A stretch of DNA of 64,000 nt from Camelus ferus (taxonomy: Eukaryota). Below the pieces are notes generated by a model that saw only the letters and a list, made by a program, of their open reading frames with translations, had not been told where the DNA came from and made no database searches. Below are positions 36,177 to 50,150 of this stretch, one piece after another. Where the stretch lies: the NCBI RefSeq assembly GCF_009834535.1, contig NC_045697.1, forward strand, positions 56,050,001 to 56,114,000, read 5' to 3'. Each line of letters starts with the position of its first letter. Position 1 is the stretch's first letter. The position numbers and the translations under genes are program-made.

Positions 36177-38649
36177 GTAAGCCTTATGAAATTTTCCCTA
36201 CAACTGAAACTTCATGAATAAACATCATCTTAAATGTCACATAATTGAAAACTCTCTGGACATATTTGTTGTTAAGATATGAGGGCTGTGTGTGTGAAGG
36301 GCCAGAGGAGACCTCAGATTAGCTCTGGCTAGGAAAAGCAGGCAAATAGGGAAGAGATTTTAATGACTGAATAACAAATGTATTATTTTCCTCGCTGGAT
36401 ATTTCCCTGTGAAGAAATGGGAAGTTTCCTTCAGCATTCAAGTTGAAGCAGCCAACACACTTTTAGAATTGGTCTATCTTTAAAAAAAGAGCTTAAAAGA
36501 AAAAAAAGATTTGCTGCTGATTTGCCCTTATCGTGTTTATACTAATAGGAAATAAAAGTTAACATGTCAATGACCAGTGTTGAATCGACACTGGGACCAA
36601 TTTATTATATGTTTCATTCACTACATTAGGGAATGAAAATATTTTAAGAAGTTCCTTTAAATTCCATTAAGATTAAAATTTCTCACCTTATCAGTTCAGT
36701 CATCATGCAAAGGTGTTCTTTTAATTCTTGAATTTTTCTCTGTTGAAAACTTTCAACAAATATGCATCATTGGAAGATTTTTATAATCAACCATTGTTTT
36801 TGTTAGTAAATTATTTTACTGATATACATTAAAAATAAGACCTTTGGGGTGAAAATTAGGTAAGCCATTTTAAACAATATGCATATTAAAGTCTTTATAA
36901 TACTACCAATCTTAATGCATAGATTATATACAAAGTATTCTATTATTTTTGCTTAATTAAAAATACATCCATATTATTAGATGAAAATGAAAGCATAAGT
37001 AAAATATTGTGACGTAAAATCACTGTATTACACAGAAAACATTAACTATAATGCATGACTATTATATTAAAAAACAATCTAGACTTTGAGATATTTTTGT
37101 TATTTAGTAACTTTAATTTTTATCTTTTTTAATTTTCAAGTTAAAACTACCCAACATCGTTATTGAACCACCTTATGGCAAAGGCAAATGATATTTTCAA
37201 TCCTCCATCTTAAGAAAATATTGTCAGACAATCTGAATATTTAAAACTTGATAATATAGTGTATATGTGCAATTAATTTAGAAAACTATGCAGACTAATA
37301 GTATTTCATATGACTTTGAAGGTTAATTTCAATTTAATTAAGTAATCGAATATTCTAACAAGTGGTTAAAACAACCCAAATAGCCAAAATGTAATATTTT
37401 TTCCAGTTGATGAGTAAACCAAATGTACTAATCAGCCCTTTACTTATGATATTATTATTTTTATAGAAATAAAATGAGTAGTAGTATTTGTTCTAATTCA
37501 TAATAATTTATATGCTAACATTCTTATCTCAGTGTGCTTCCTCTTTTTTCATTACGCTGGTATTTCTTTTTGGTTGTTAACTATTATGGTTCCATTTAGA
37601 GATATAAATAAAATATTAAAAGTAGATTCTTAAGCTATTGGAACATAAAGAAAGGCCAAATGAGAAAAAGTTGTCCTACTCAGGTATAGCTTACGCTAAC
37701 ATAATAGTAAATATTCTCAGTCTGTCTCTCTTCTATCTTTCTTATGAGCTTCCTTGCTCTATTCTTTCTCCTTCCCTTCACTTGCTACCTAAGTTTCTTT
37801 TTTTATTTCATCTTTCACTGCCCCTACACAGGTAACACTGACTACCATCCACCTATGAGAACCTGTAAAAATGTTTTGTACTCTGCATTTTTTCACATAT
37901 CAAAAATGATTTATTACATAAATATTTTAAATTGCCCTTTCTGAGAAGATGGCTGACATGTTGGGTTGAAATTAATTTTTTAAAAGCCTGAGAAGATATG
38001 TCATTCTCTGCAAATCTCTGCATTTAGTTTTATGTTTCTCCTGTTTCTATTCAGAAGTTATTTAGAAAAGGTTTTACTGAGTGTAACTGTGAGGGTAAAT
38101 CTGATGTTGCACTTGTTCTTGCAACTAGACATTTTAGGGGAAGTTACTCAATTTTGTATGTGATTTCTGTATGAAGCACAATTAAGTCCTTTATAGAAAC
38201 ATAATCTTTTGTATTAGGGATGGACTATTTCCAGTCATTTTAACAATTTCCTGATTTGTTTTTCTTTCTGTTATAATTGTTAGTGTAGTCTTAATTTTGT
38301 TCAGCTTTTTAAATGAGTATTTTTCAAAATTCTTATAATTTTTTGAGTCATGTTCCTTTTGACATAGCTAATGGCTGATGTTAATATTGAAGAAAAAGAA
38401 GGTAAATTAGAGAAATTTAGTAAATGTGCACTTACCCAAGTATGAGGAATATGTGCAGAGTCCAGGTATTCTATTTTGTGTTATGTCCCCTAAACGCAAA
38501 ATGAAGAAACTTTTAAAATTATATTTTAAAGAAAATAAGCATACAAAGTACAAGTAGTTCCAATAAGAAATATATATATATTTTTACAGGTTATTATTAG
38601 GCTGTGTCATTTATGATTGGATTAGCAATCTAACTCATAGGTGAAATAG

Positions 38650-39120
38650 AGATCTGCAGAGCGATGCCAGCAAAAATTTTGGAGGAAGGGCATCTGAAAA
38701 TTTTCTTCTCCATAGAAGCCATGAAAAAACTGGAAAATATTGTAAGACTCAACTTTTCAGAACTTTAGAAAAAATCAAAATCTTAGAGCAATCCAGGGAG
38801 CATTTATTCAAGAAAAAAATGACCAGATCTTGTGAGAACAGCAAGTTGGTGGCATTTTAAGGTGCTCTATGTCCTTTCTTGCCTCTCCAGCTCTTTAAAG
38901 TAGCCTTGAAAAAAATAGCAATCTGTTATCAGGGTGAAAACCAGCAGGCACTAGAGTGTGCAGAGTTGGGTAGGAGATACTTCCAAGACTTGACCTCAGA
39001 GAATTATTATTATATATAACCTGATAACTCTGTGATAGAATGCTCTTGTAAGGCTGTCTTGACTTGATCTGACTCTGAGCTCTCCCATAAATAAAGAATA
39101 TTCTGTTTTCAGAACATTTT
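38650..39120 (+). mobile_element. Old L1M (L1MC/MD-type) 5'-region fragment
   Basis: caacttttcagaactttagaaa...gcaatccagggagcatttattcaagaaaaa resembles an old L1 5' UTR consensus as recalled. Confidence 0.55.
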
Positions 39121-39269
39121 CCTGAACTTCAGGCCTTAAGAATGAATATTTTATTTTATTTCTTAGACTGGCTAAAAAATACTACCTTAAGTCTAGGCCT
39201 AAGAATTGGGCACGTAGTTAGGAGAAAGAAACACTTGTTCATCCCTTGTCGTCATGCACATACATGTTC

Positions 39270-39432
39270 CATACACTTCTTAGAAGCAGTCATGGCACCT
39301 GGAATACTTTTTCTATGCTTGTAAGCCTTTAGATTTCTTAAAGCTATCTCATAGTTACCACTGTCCAGTGTTTCTAAAACTTGGCTCAGTTCCTGGCTTA
39401 TAATTGAACTTCAATACATATTTATTAGAAGG
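39270..39432 (+). mobile_element. LINE-2 3' end
   Basis: gtccagtgtttctaaaacttggctcagttcctggcttataattgaacttcaatacatatttatt. Confidence 0.5.
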
Positions 39433-39619
39433 ATAACTTCTTTTTTTTAAAATTTATGAAATAGGGCATACATTACTGAGGTATCGTTTTGCATAAAGAT
39501 TAAGTAAGTGGGACTGAGAGTAGAGCTGGGCACAGGGTTGGCACTCAGTAAACATCCTTTCCTTGACCCTCTATTGCATTTCTATTCTCCTCATGCTAAG
39601 AGATTCACCAGTTCATCAC

Positions 39620-39900
39620 GGGTTTTTTGTTTATTTCTTTGTTTTTGAACATAATTATATCTGTATGAATTTATTGTCAGCACTTAAAGATGAGGAGATT
39701 TCATATAAAATCTGAATTTCCAGCTTCTCTGTTTAGTTGGAAGTTCCAGAAAGCCAGAGCTAGCTGCTTTCTATGATCTCAACAGCCCAGCGCTGAGTGA
39801 AGGCCACTATTGGAAGAAAGTAAGCAAATCACCCCGTTTGACTCAGTTTCTGCCTGATACTCTTCACTCATTGAAGCTGAAGCTGCCAGTCTGCAACGTT
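39620..39900. mobile_element. Ancient DNA-transposon fragment (family uncertain)
   Basis: gaggagatttcatataaaatctgaatttccagcttctct resembles an old hAT consensus. Confidence 0.4.
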
Positions 39901-40229
39901 GGCATTATCGTGGGGTCATTTTGTTCAATGTTACACAAGCATTGGGGTTTTCTTTTGTTCCAGGAGGGACTTTATTTAAAAAAAAAAAAAAAGCAACAAG
40001 AAACTTCTTTGTTATATGCTGAGATGCTTTCTTCCTAGATTTTTGCTTGAGTACTTCACCTTAATTGGGAGGTAGCATTTGAATTTGGGCTTCAGCATGT
40101 GCTTTTTAGACACAGTGTATGAGACAGACTGTGTATGTCTGCCTCATGGTAACTTTTAACTCTTTTTTTTTTTCTGTACACATCTAGAAGTACCATGTTA
40201 CAGTGAGGTCTGCTTTTAAGCAAATTTGC

Positions 40230-40345
40230 TGCATTCATTCATTCAACACATACGTATTGGGCAATAGTCTGTGCCAGTCACTCTTCTCAGCATCAGAGTT
40301 ATAATAGTGCAGAAAATAAGCAGAAGTCTCTGACACCCTGGAGCC
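40230..40345 (-). mobile_element. LINE-2 3' end
   Basis: cattcattcattcaacacatacgtattgggcaatagtctgtgccagtcact. Confidence 0.7.
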
Positions 40346-40579
40346 TGAGGCATTATTATTTTGAGAATTGGTCATCAGAGTGTTGGAGTGATGTGATAAA
40401 TGAAATGCTTTCTATTCCTATCTTTTCTTTCTCTGCATGTACAGAAGTAGCAGAAAGGTGACAGTGTTTGCTAAAAGTCATTCCAGTAGTTTATGACACA
40501 ATGGGGAGGAACACATGTATTAAATTTGGCACACGTGGTGCCATCTTTGTCTTGCCATGAAAAAAAATATACTCTTTCA

Positions 40580-40745
40580 GGTATATAAGTTCATTTAATA
40601 CTAACAATGACAGGGTGAAAAAAAGATACTTAGTATTTTTTTTTTTTTGTAGATGAAGAAAATGAGGTTCAGCAAGGGTAAGTGACTTGCTCAAGGCTAT
40701 GCAGTTGATAAGAGACTGGATCTATTTCAACCCCAGGCCTTCCAG
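40580..40745 (-). mobile_element. MIR SINE
   Basis: ttttgtagatgaagaaaatgaggttcagcaagggtaagtgacttgctcaagg. Confidence 0.85.
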
Positions 40746-41849
40746 GATACTGATTATTTTAAACCAGAGGTGAACTCCTCCAAACAGTTCCAGAGACATG
40801 ACTAGGTTCTTGATGGTTCCCATGCTTCTAGTTTATACAGAAGAGGAGTTGGTACTGAAGAGAAAATTCACCTCAAAGAAAGTTTGAAATGAGCAAGAAT
40901 GAGTCACATACACTTAACAGCTAGACTGTAATACATATTTGAAAAAAATATATAGCACAAGAAGTGCTCACATATATAAGTTGCATTTGTTATATTGTGT
41001 GTCTATATTATATATAATTAGATAATTAAATAGATAAAGAAACAATAGATAATGTAAAGAGTGAATTAACTTGACTCTCAGCCATATCTGTAATTCACTC
41101 TGTTATTTTGGGTACCACTATGACTCTCAGCTTTCCTATTTGCTAAGTGGTGATGGGTAGCTATTATATCATCCATCTTGTAGTATTGCTTTATAATAAA
41201 ATAAGATAATGCATTTGAATGCATCATGTCATCCGTCAACCACTAAAGAAATAGAAACGATGATAGTTGATTAAAAAGATGTTTCTATATTGCTATTTTC
41301 AAACATAGCCAGAAAACAACAGTTTGGTAGTTTAAAGTAACAACCACTCAGCTGTCTCTTTGGCATTTGAATAGTCAAAGAAATAAGTAAACTTTTAAGA
41401 ATTTTTATACCTCAACTCCCAAATGAAGGACTTAATACTCTAATTTCACTTTGAATAAAATTAAGAAGAGGTTTTCTAAACTTTCTTTCCCTCCAGAACT
41501 GGTCTTTAATTGTGGACAGAAACAAAAACAAGCAAAACAAAGACTAACTTCTGGCTTAAATGATGTAAAATATGCATAGTTACCCTCAGTTCTAAATTTC
41601 ACTGCTTATTTGAGTAAATATTTTTCCCCCAGAGCACCTTTTGTTAATATTTTATATTGAGAGTCTCAAAATTTTTCAGCCTCAATCCATTAGGGCATAA
41701 TTCTAACAGTAATAATAGTTCTTAAGAATGGGACAAAGGAATAATAAAAGAGGCCTAGAGAATTAATTGAGTTCATGATTGACTCTATTGCCATCCCTCT
41801 ATTTTTTATGTTTTCATAAAATTTTGTCTTAAAATAATTTTTTAACCAT

Positions 41850-42332
41850 TTGTTTTATTTTTAAATTAATATACTTTAATTTTTAGAGAAGTTTTAGATT
41901 TATAGAAAAATGAGCGGGAGGCATGGAAAGTTCCTATACACAACCTCGTATTCTCCTCACCCTGTTTCCACTGTTACTAGCACATTGCTTGCAGAGTCTG
42001 GTACATTAGCTGCAATCCATCAGCCAATATGGATACCGTATTAGCTAAAGGCTGTGGTGTATATTAGAGTTCACTCTTTCTATTTTACGTTCTATAGGCT
42101 TTTTTTTTTTTTTTTTTTTTTGTTGTTGTTGTTGCAGAGGGCAGGTAATTAGGTTTATTTATTTATTTGATTTTTCAGTGGTGGTACAAGGGATTGAACC
42201 CAGTACCTAAGGCATGCTAGGCATGTGCTCTACCACTTGAGCTATACCCTCCCCCCGATTCTGTGGGTTTTAACAAGTACGTAGTGATGTATGTCTGCCA
42301 TTACAGAATCATACAGAACATTCATTGCCCTA
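41850..42332 (-). mobile_element. L1MC-like 3' end, interrupted by a SINE
   Basis: tttttagagaagttttagatttatagaaaaatgagc...attagagttcactct, resuming after the SINE as ttctgtgggttttaacaag...catacagaac. Confidence 0.75.
42100..42256 (-). mobile_element. tRNA-derived SINE, camelid Vic-1-like
   Basis: Minus strand reads GGGGGGAGGGTATAGCTCAAGTGGTAGAGCAC...GGTTCAATCCC...AATAAATAAACCTAATTACC, then (AAC)n and poly(A). A box 42233-42244, B box 42190-42200. Confidence 0.88.
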
Positions 42333-44379
42333 TCTGTATACACCCTGAAGATGTACTTTGCTTCCTTCTAATTACACTAGAGTTACTTCAGTCACCTTCT
42401 GGAACATTTAATATTGATTAATCTATATAGTCTAAGCATGCATGTAAAAGCATTGTTTCCTGGAAATTTTTTAGCAAGTGTTTTCAAAACTTATGAGAAT
42501 GAAATGAATGGTTATGTTTGTTTAGAGCAGATCACGCTCTTGCATCTTAGAAATTCCACTGTTGCTCTTTCCGTATGTTGTTGTTACGAAAGATCACAAG
42601 ATACACCTGCCTCCTTTGCTTTGCTGGAAACTGCCTTTTCCCCACTGAGTTCTGTGTACTTCCTGTAACACACAACGGGCAAGCCTATCACGTTCCCCTG
42701 GGTGTCACTTCTGAATTGCATCGCAAGCTCTTATTTTTGTTCTCTTTTCTTCTTCCATTCAAAGAGGATAAACATTATTTTTGAAATATTTTCTTATGCT
42801 GATCTTAGGGTCTGTTAGGATCATCCAGAATAATTTATTCGTTTGAGAGAGATTTCAGAATGTTGACTTAAATGGTATTTGTACTAAAATGGAGACCAAG
42901 TAACCTGCTCTCTGCCTGGGGGAGAAAGAATGAGCGTAGTCCTACACAGACATCACTTTAAAACAGGAGTTTATGGCTTTTCTTGTTATGGTGTCACTTT
43001 GTTCTATTTTCTGATTTCTTTGAGACAGAAACCTACATATTTACTTTTGAAGTTGAAAATAACACAGGTTTAGATTATTCAAGATGGACTGTGAACACAT
43101 CGTTAGTGTTTCATGTGAATACTCTTGAATCAAGAGAAACTGAAACTGAATTTTCTTTTCTTTTACACAGACTTCAGCAAAACCTTGTATGTGAGGGTTT
43201 TGCATGTGATTCCCTCTCCCCAAACTTAAGGGCAAAAAATGAGGAGAACTAATTGAACACTGTTAATCTCTTATATTTTGGTTATGATCAGGGTGAGTTT
43301 TGCCAGAACCTTATTGTGGCTTTGCTTTCTACCAAAGGGGAGGAGAGATAATGATGAGCATCGAGGCCTGCACTGAGCGTGGAGAGGCAAATAAAGGATA
43401 AAGTGATGCTGAAGTGGGTAAAAACGAGCACATTGTTGGATATAGAAAAGCTCTTTATTTGGACAGTGATAGAAAAGAATTCCAAAGGGAATAGATATTA
43501 TACTATATAATACAAATGCCAGTATAGTGAAGAACAATCCTGTTCCAAAGTAGCTTTGTATTCATTATTTTTTAGAAAAACAGAAAGCACACCCAACCCT
43601 AAGGTAATTAAGATAAATAATTTAAGAAATTCAAGATAGTCATTAAGCATACACTGAAGTTTAGATGAAGCACAGTTTTGCATTTAGAGTTCCCACATGG
43701 AAACTTAACAATTATGAAGAAAGTTCTTTAAAATGTATAGCTCCTCTTTGGCATACAAGGCAAATGTTGTATTTTGTCTTTGACATATGCAGTTATATTG
43801 AATGAATTAGCAATAGTCATAGTGTATTCCTGCAAAGTAGGGTTGAGACATGCATGTATTATTTGTTTACTAAGTATCTCTCTGTATATTTAAAGTCACT
43901 GTAAAACAGTGCCAACAGGCTCTTAAAACACTCCCACATTATAGGAAAACACAAATATAAACTGGAAAATGGCCTTTATCCATGATATCCTCTTGTTAGT
44001 CTTTTCTTCTTAACCTAACTGTGATAAGCTAGCTAAAGGCGTCATCTTTCAGACTGCACTTTAAGCCCTACTTCCTCAGGAAAGTATGCTTCAAAGACTG
44101 ACTGTTCCCCCATTAGCAGATCATGCTGTGAAATCCTTTTTCCCTCCACCCCAACCCCTATCTATTTTTTCTCTCCATCGCAGTGTGTACAGCTATGTTA
44201 TCCAGACTCATCACCTTGTCTAGCTTTCTACCCAGATGCTTAATTCTTCTGACCGATTCCTTTTGGATGACATTTTCCGTTGGTCTGTATAACAAGCAGG
44301 GAGCTTAAATGTGAACAGACTTTCAGGTCATTTCTAAAGAGTCATATACAAGCTACCATTACCTTGCCTGTGATGTGAG

Positions 44380-44830
44380 ACACCTGTGCACACACGTGCA
44401 TCAAACAGTCATTTCCCAGTATAATTCCCACCTGTTTCGTATTGGGTCCTCATATTTTCCTTTTCACCATTATGTAAATGGAGATTTCTGGGTCTCTGTC
44501 TAGAGGTTTCTCTGTGAAAGACTTAGTCCATGTAAAATCTGGGCCTAAAATCCTTTTCCTTCTGAAAAACATTCTACTCTCACTGATACTTGCACCGGTT
44601 TCCGTATGTGACTATAGTGATTTTTTTTTTACTCCCATCTTCCCATTCATTAATGAAGATGTTAAATAAAACAGGGCTTTGCAGGGGTCCCCAGGGCCCA
44701 AACAACAGGTATTTTCTGAGTGGTTTGATTGCTGTTTATCATGATCTTTTTTTTTTTTTTTTCCCAAACCATTCTTCAGCTGTTTTCAATTCATGTGACA
44801 GTGCTCCCATGCAAGTCAATTTGAATTAAT
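44380..44830 (-). mobile_element. CR1/L3 LINE reverse-transcriptase fossil
   Basis: 44649-44675 on the minus strand translates to PVLFNIFIN, part of the CR1 RT motif (GVPQGSVLGPxLFNIFINDL). Outer boundaries are uncertain. Confidence 0.7.
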
Positions 44831-45011
44831 TTTGCAGGCAAAATGCTTTATGGTCCTGAGTACATAATCTCCCTCTCCCACAGAGAAAAAATATACTGTA
44901 ATCATCCAGCATTCCTGTTGATTATTTCCATTAAAGGCAGCAGGGAGAGAGAGAATGCTCAAGACTCCTCTCACGTTTGAAATTTTTTAAGGCTTTTCCT
45001 ATTCATTGCCT

Positions 45012-45014
<3 letters not shown>

Positions 45015-45076
<62 letters not shown>
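45015..45076. repeat. Perfect (TC)31 microsatellite
   Basis: Counted directly. Confidence 0.97.
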
Positions 45077-45084
<8 letters not shown>

Positions 45085-45929
45085 ATGCCATTCAGTGCTT
45101 GCACTAATGCAGAAAATGATGGTCCAAACTGCTCAGCCTGGAATTTCTGTCCTCTGGAGCCTCGCGCTTTTATCTTTGTGATCTTACATTCCACCACACT
45201 TCCCCTCAAATGAACTGATTTCTCTCTTTTTAACTCCCGAAAGGATTCATAAATATTTCTACCTCTAGTGTTTTGCATAGATTACTTGAAATATTCTACC
45301 CTCCACCCTCCATGTTATTCATCGTAAGCTAATTATCTTTTCCAAGGCCCAGCTTAAGTTATATGGCATGAAACTTCTTATTACCACCCAGAAGGATAAC
45401 CACTTCCTAGGCTGAAATCAATATAGCACTTCCTGTGGATTGAACACACTAAAAATTAGATATTCCATAGTGTTACCAGTGTTTGACTACTGTAAGCTTC
45501 TCTAGTGTAAAGGTCTTTCTGTCTTTACCTTTAGCATGTTGCCCTGTGCCTCAAATATAAATTCACAGTAACCACATCTGCTACTGTTTGATAAATAACT
45601 AGGCATCTGAGTCTGTAGGAAGTGGTGGTTGTTTGGACCCAAAAGGCTGTACATTTTTGGCTAAAAAATAGATAGTAGAAAAAGACATCAAAGTTTGGAT
45701 GTAAGGGTTCTTACTTACTTGGTGTCATGCAAACTTGAACCAAGAATACTTTAATTATACAAGTTATTTCACCAAAAGACTATTATGTGCCAAATAGTGA
45801 GATTACATTGCTAGGCAGGACTCGATTCCTTGCCTCGACTATTCAAGTAGATTCTAAGTTTGAACAATGTCCCCTAGAGTTGTGAAATATACAACCTGCA
45901 CAAACATATGCACAACTCTGGGGCCCCCT

Positions 45930-46095
45930 CTCTGAATCTGGCTCTTCTTACTAACTAATGTGAAGCAAGTTATTCACTCTGTATCTCTATTTCCTCATTT
46001 GTACGTAAGTTTTGTATAATACCACCTACTGCACAACATTCTTATAAAGATTCGAATGAGATAATGATGCAATGTTTAGTGCAATGCCTGGTTAA
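45930..46095 (+). mobile_element. MIR SINE
   Basis: tctgaatctggctcttcttactaactaatgtgaagcaagttattcactctgtatctctatttcctcatttgta. Confidence 0.75.
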
Positions 46096-48572
46096 CTCAA
46101 AAAACCCAAGATCAATTTAATTCTTAAAATATTGAAACCAAAAGGATTGGGCAAGCTTTCATGAGCTAGGCATTGGTCACCCTGCTCTTGACTAGTCATT
46201 TCTTCATTCTTCTCTCTGCAAATGTGATTCCTTTCCTTCACTTTCATACAACTCCAAATCTGATTGCCTGTATTTAAAAGACCACATAGAGTCTAATGAA
46301 TTCCACTTGGCTCTGTTGTCTGTCACTGATTCCATATCTCTAGCTGGGCTGAGGAAGGACAGTACAACCGTGAAGTGTAAGTGTAGCTGTAGCTGTTGGT
46401 GGCCATTTCTGCTATGAGAGCAGCCTTTTAAAAAGTGTCCTGGCGTCATTTCAATCAGTGTCTCTAGAGATTCTGATGAGGAAGCATTTCCCTAAACATA
46501 AAGTTGTCTTCCTTCTCATATAAAATTGGCTTAGTTATATAAAAATAATTACTAACGTAACTAACGTGAAATGTTTTATTCCAAAAATGTGCAGTGAAAT
46601 GAGTTGTTTCAGTGCATAATTTCTATCCTGTCTCTGAAGCCTGATTTCTACCAATGCATATCAAGTTTACTCAGCATTCAATCATTTTATTTGAGTGATC
46701 TATTTGATTTATTTAAATTCTATTTAAATTTATATAAATTCTATATTACATGTCCAGCTATTCTTATATTTTAGACTTCTTTATAGTCAGTGATCTACAT
46801 CCTCTGGTTATTATCCTTCTGTTCTGTAACACAGGTATCTGTTTACCTCTGTGCTACTTTGTCTGCATGTTCCTGTGTACATTTAGTTATCATGAGTAAG
46901 CAGAAAACTAATAGCATTCTGTTAGCTCATTGTTTCCTTAGAGGCCAAGAAAATCACCCTTGTGATTGCTGACCTGGTTCTGAAAGTCCCTACGCTGCAC
47001 TGTAAGCCAATTCTCTTGCTTAGAAGCAAATTATAGATACAAAGATATAGAAACAAAAGAGAAAGGCAGTCTTTGCTATTGATTAATAGTCTTTACAGTC
47101 TTTAATATCGATTAATGTTTTCATTATTTGAGATTTCCTTACATGATTTCAATGCTTCCGGAATGTTATTGTGAGTATTTAATGGCATAGGTTATGAATC
47201 TAAATTTATTCAGAAAATACATTCCAATTCAGCTTTATTTCTTAACATTTGATCTAGAACGTAGATAATGTAAATAGTGTGCATATGCTTCATGAACGTC
47301 TGGCTTAATTCTTCATGTATTCCACTCCACACTGTATACGTCCGGACAGGACAGCTGCCAGAGCTGTTGGAGAAATTTCATTTTAAACAGAATTTTGTAT
47401 AGTTGGGCATGCATGAACTTTTAGTCGATTATAACATGCAAATATGTAATAAGCCGAAGAATCACAGGCTGTGCTGTGATTACAAATTATTTAAATAATG
47501 AAGGATTATTCAGTTGGTGTCACAAATTCTTCTAGTCTGCACGATTAAAGGCATAACGATGAGTATAATCCTGAGAGATAAAGTAATTTCATTAAACAAG
47601 CTTCTCTGCTTCACTGTTTGCTTTTTTTTTTTGATGCCAGATTGAATAATGGTATTTTTAAAGGTAATGAACAGTGATCATATATTGTGTTTATATCATC
47701 TTATAATTTCAGAATTCTCTTACATTTGTAAAATATATAGATTAAGCTTATTATGATAAAAATAGCATATCATTTCAATGCTAAAATCAGGAAAATTTAA
47801 ATGGTTCCAAAAAGTGATATTAGAATGTCATTAATCTGGTAGGTGAAAGGTAGCTGTCATGTCATCAGATGTTGATAGTGATTTCTAGCTTGCCAATCAT
47901 CAGTAATTTTCATGGTAGCATTATTCATTAGTATCCTGAAGCTCATTCCTGGCATGTACATATATATTGTGTTCTTCTTTGAAAGTGGAAATGAGACCGA
48001 AGATCCAATGTCATATATATAGTCGGTAAAATATTGTAAGATTCTCTTATGCACCCTCTTTGCATCTTCAGATGGAAAATTTAGGACATAAACAGTGAGA
48101 AATAATACACAAACCACAGGATTTTATAGTTGGGGTTCTTCATATTATTAGACAAACATGGTCTATATTTCCAATGTACTTTAAAGAGGTTTTTTTTAAT
48201 GAATTCATATATTATAAAACTATTAAAACCATCACCACAAAAACAGCAGCAGTAACAATAAAAACCAAACAATAATGATAACAACATGAGTTCATGCTGA
48301 GTTAAATTTGCTGGTTCCAAACCTTAATTACCTCAGTTTACTCATCCATTGAAAAAGAATTGCTGGTAATTATTAAGATTCTTGTAATACCGACCATTTT
48401 CTGCTTTTATAGTTCTGACTTTGATCTGAAATCTGACAGAATAAGTGACTGTAATATGTTCAGGAGTGTTAACACTGGTTGTTGGAACTTGTATAAATCT
48501 ATGAAGAAATCAGTTCTATGGTTCTGGGTAGGGTGGTCAAATCTGAGAACTGAGGTATGAATTGAGCATGGC

Positions 48573-48907
48573 TGGCTATGGACCGAATGTTTGTGTCCTC
48601 GAATTCATGTGTCAAAAACCTGGTGCAGTGGTACTAGGAAGTGCTTTCAGGAGGTAATTATGTCAAGGAGTAGACCCCTCAGAATGGGGTTAGTACCCTT
48701 CTAAGAAGCAGGGGAGGTCCACGTCCTCTCTTTCTCTCTTGCCATGTGAGGATACAACAAAGTATCTTCCTACAAGCCAGGATTTAGGATCTCGCCAGAC
48801 AGTAGATCTGCTGGTGCCTTGAACTTGTCCTGCCCCACCTCCAGAACTGTGAGAAATAAATATTTGTTGTTTCAGCCACCTTGTCTATAGCAGATTGAAT
48901 GAAGACA
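48573..48907 (+). mobile_element. MaLR solo LTR (MLT1A-like)
   Basis: gctatggaccgaatgtttgtgtcc...gccatgtgaggatac...ctccagaactgtgagaaataaatatttgttgtttcagccac...aagaca. Confidence 0.85.
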
Positions 48908-50029
48908 AGTGCCAATTTCTATTTTTTGTAAAAGAGTAATAAAGTATAATGTGATCAGCAGAGAAAAGGGAACAAGAATATGAAAGATGTCTCTCTACTG
49001 ATCAAACAGCACGTTCCATAAAATGAATATGTATTTAGTAAACAAGACAGTCTTTTAGCAAATAACTTAAGGAGGGCTAAGACTTCTGAATTGATGCCCA
49101 GTATTTCCCAAAGTGATGTTTTACTTTAGTAGATCAGTAGATTTAGTAGATAGTCTGAAACAGAAAAGAAATGTGTTGAGTCAAAGGGTTCTATTCTGAA
49201 GTAGTTTTGAAAATATTAAATGAAATGGAATTCAATGTATTTCTCTACCTGTTGCATTATACTCAGCCTGTATAGATTAATGACCATGGAGGTCTCTCAA
49301 TTTTTTGATCAAGAAACATTTTACCCACTGTATGTATAAACACCTTCATGAAGAATATTGAGTAGAACACAGTTTAGGAAACACTTTATTCAAAGAACTT
49401 ATTCTCCTTTTAAAACGTGTCTGGATGCAGTGGTACAGAGAAATAACAATAAATGACTATATTTTTCCCTTTATCATGATGATATAAGGAACAGTGCCTA
49501 GGAATCATTTTCTTACACATGCCTGGAAATTTTGTCTAAAGCACCGTAATAAAAACTAGCTAGTCTGTCACTGGAAATTACAGCCTATACATAGTTTCTC
49601 ATATGTTGGGTGGGCCACATTAGGATTATTCCAAGCTCTTCATTGAAGAGACTAGGTGACCTAGACATGCAAGCTATGGTTGGAGAGGATTTCAGATCTA
49701 TCTTTCTCAGGGGTCAATGAAAGAAATCTCTTTTCATTTACATAAATGAGACACAAAATAATCTACTTAGCTCATGCTTTAACTACACATCTATATAATA
49801 TCATCTGTTGCTACATAGTAGGACAGAGAATGAAGCCATGTAAAATCTCAGAAAGTTATACTGAATGAATGTTTTCTAAAAAAAAAAAAATGGTGTAACT
49901 TTTCCCTATATCTATGCATCACACATGCACAAGTGGATTTTCTAAATAACACTTTGATTTGAAATTATATGAGTTTGCATGTAACTTAGAAGTCATGCTT
50001 TTGAACTTAATTTCTTGAATAGTTTATAT

Positions 50030-50150
50030 GTTCATCATTTTGTCCAACAAGTATTTATCCATCAAACTATGTGCTAGAATTGTGCTAGACACTCAAGATA
50101 CAAAGATGCAATAACCATTCACTGATTTTTTAAAAAGTTCAAGTCTTGTA
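50030..50150 (-). mobile_element. LINE-2 3' end
   Basis: tccaacaagtatttatccatcaaactatgtgctagaattgtgctagacact. Confidence 0.65.

Noticed and set aside
42185..42256. tRNA gene
   Set aside because: A and B boxes are present, but the stems are degenerate and it carries a SINE tail, poly(A) and target-site duplication.
43350..43375. C/D-box snoRNA (ATGATGA ... CTGA)
   Set aside because: The boxes are only ~15 nt apart with no terminal stem, so a chance match.
44977..45278. ORFs with (SL)n and (RE)n runs
   Set aside because: Translations of the (TC)31 microsatellite.
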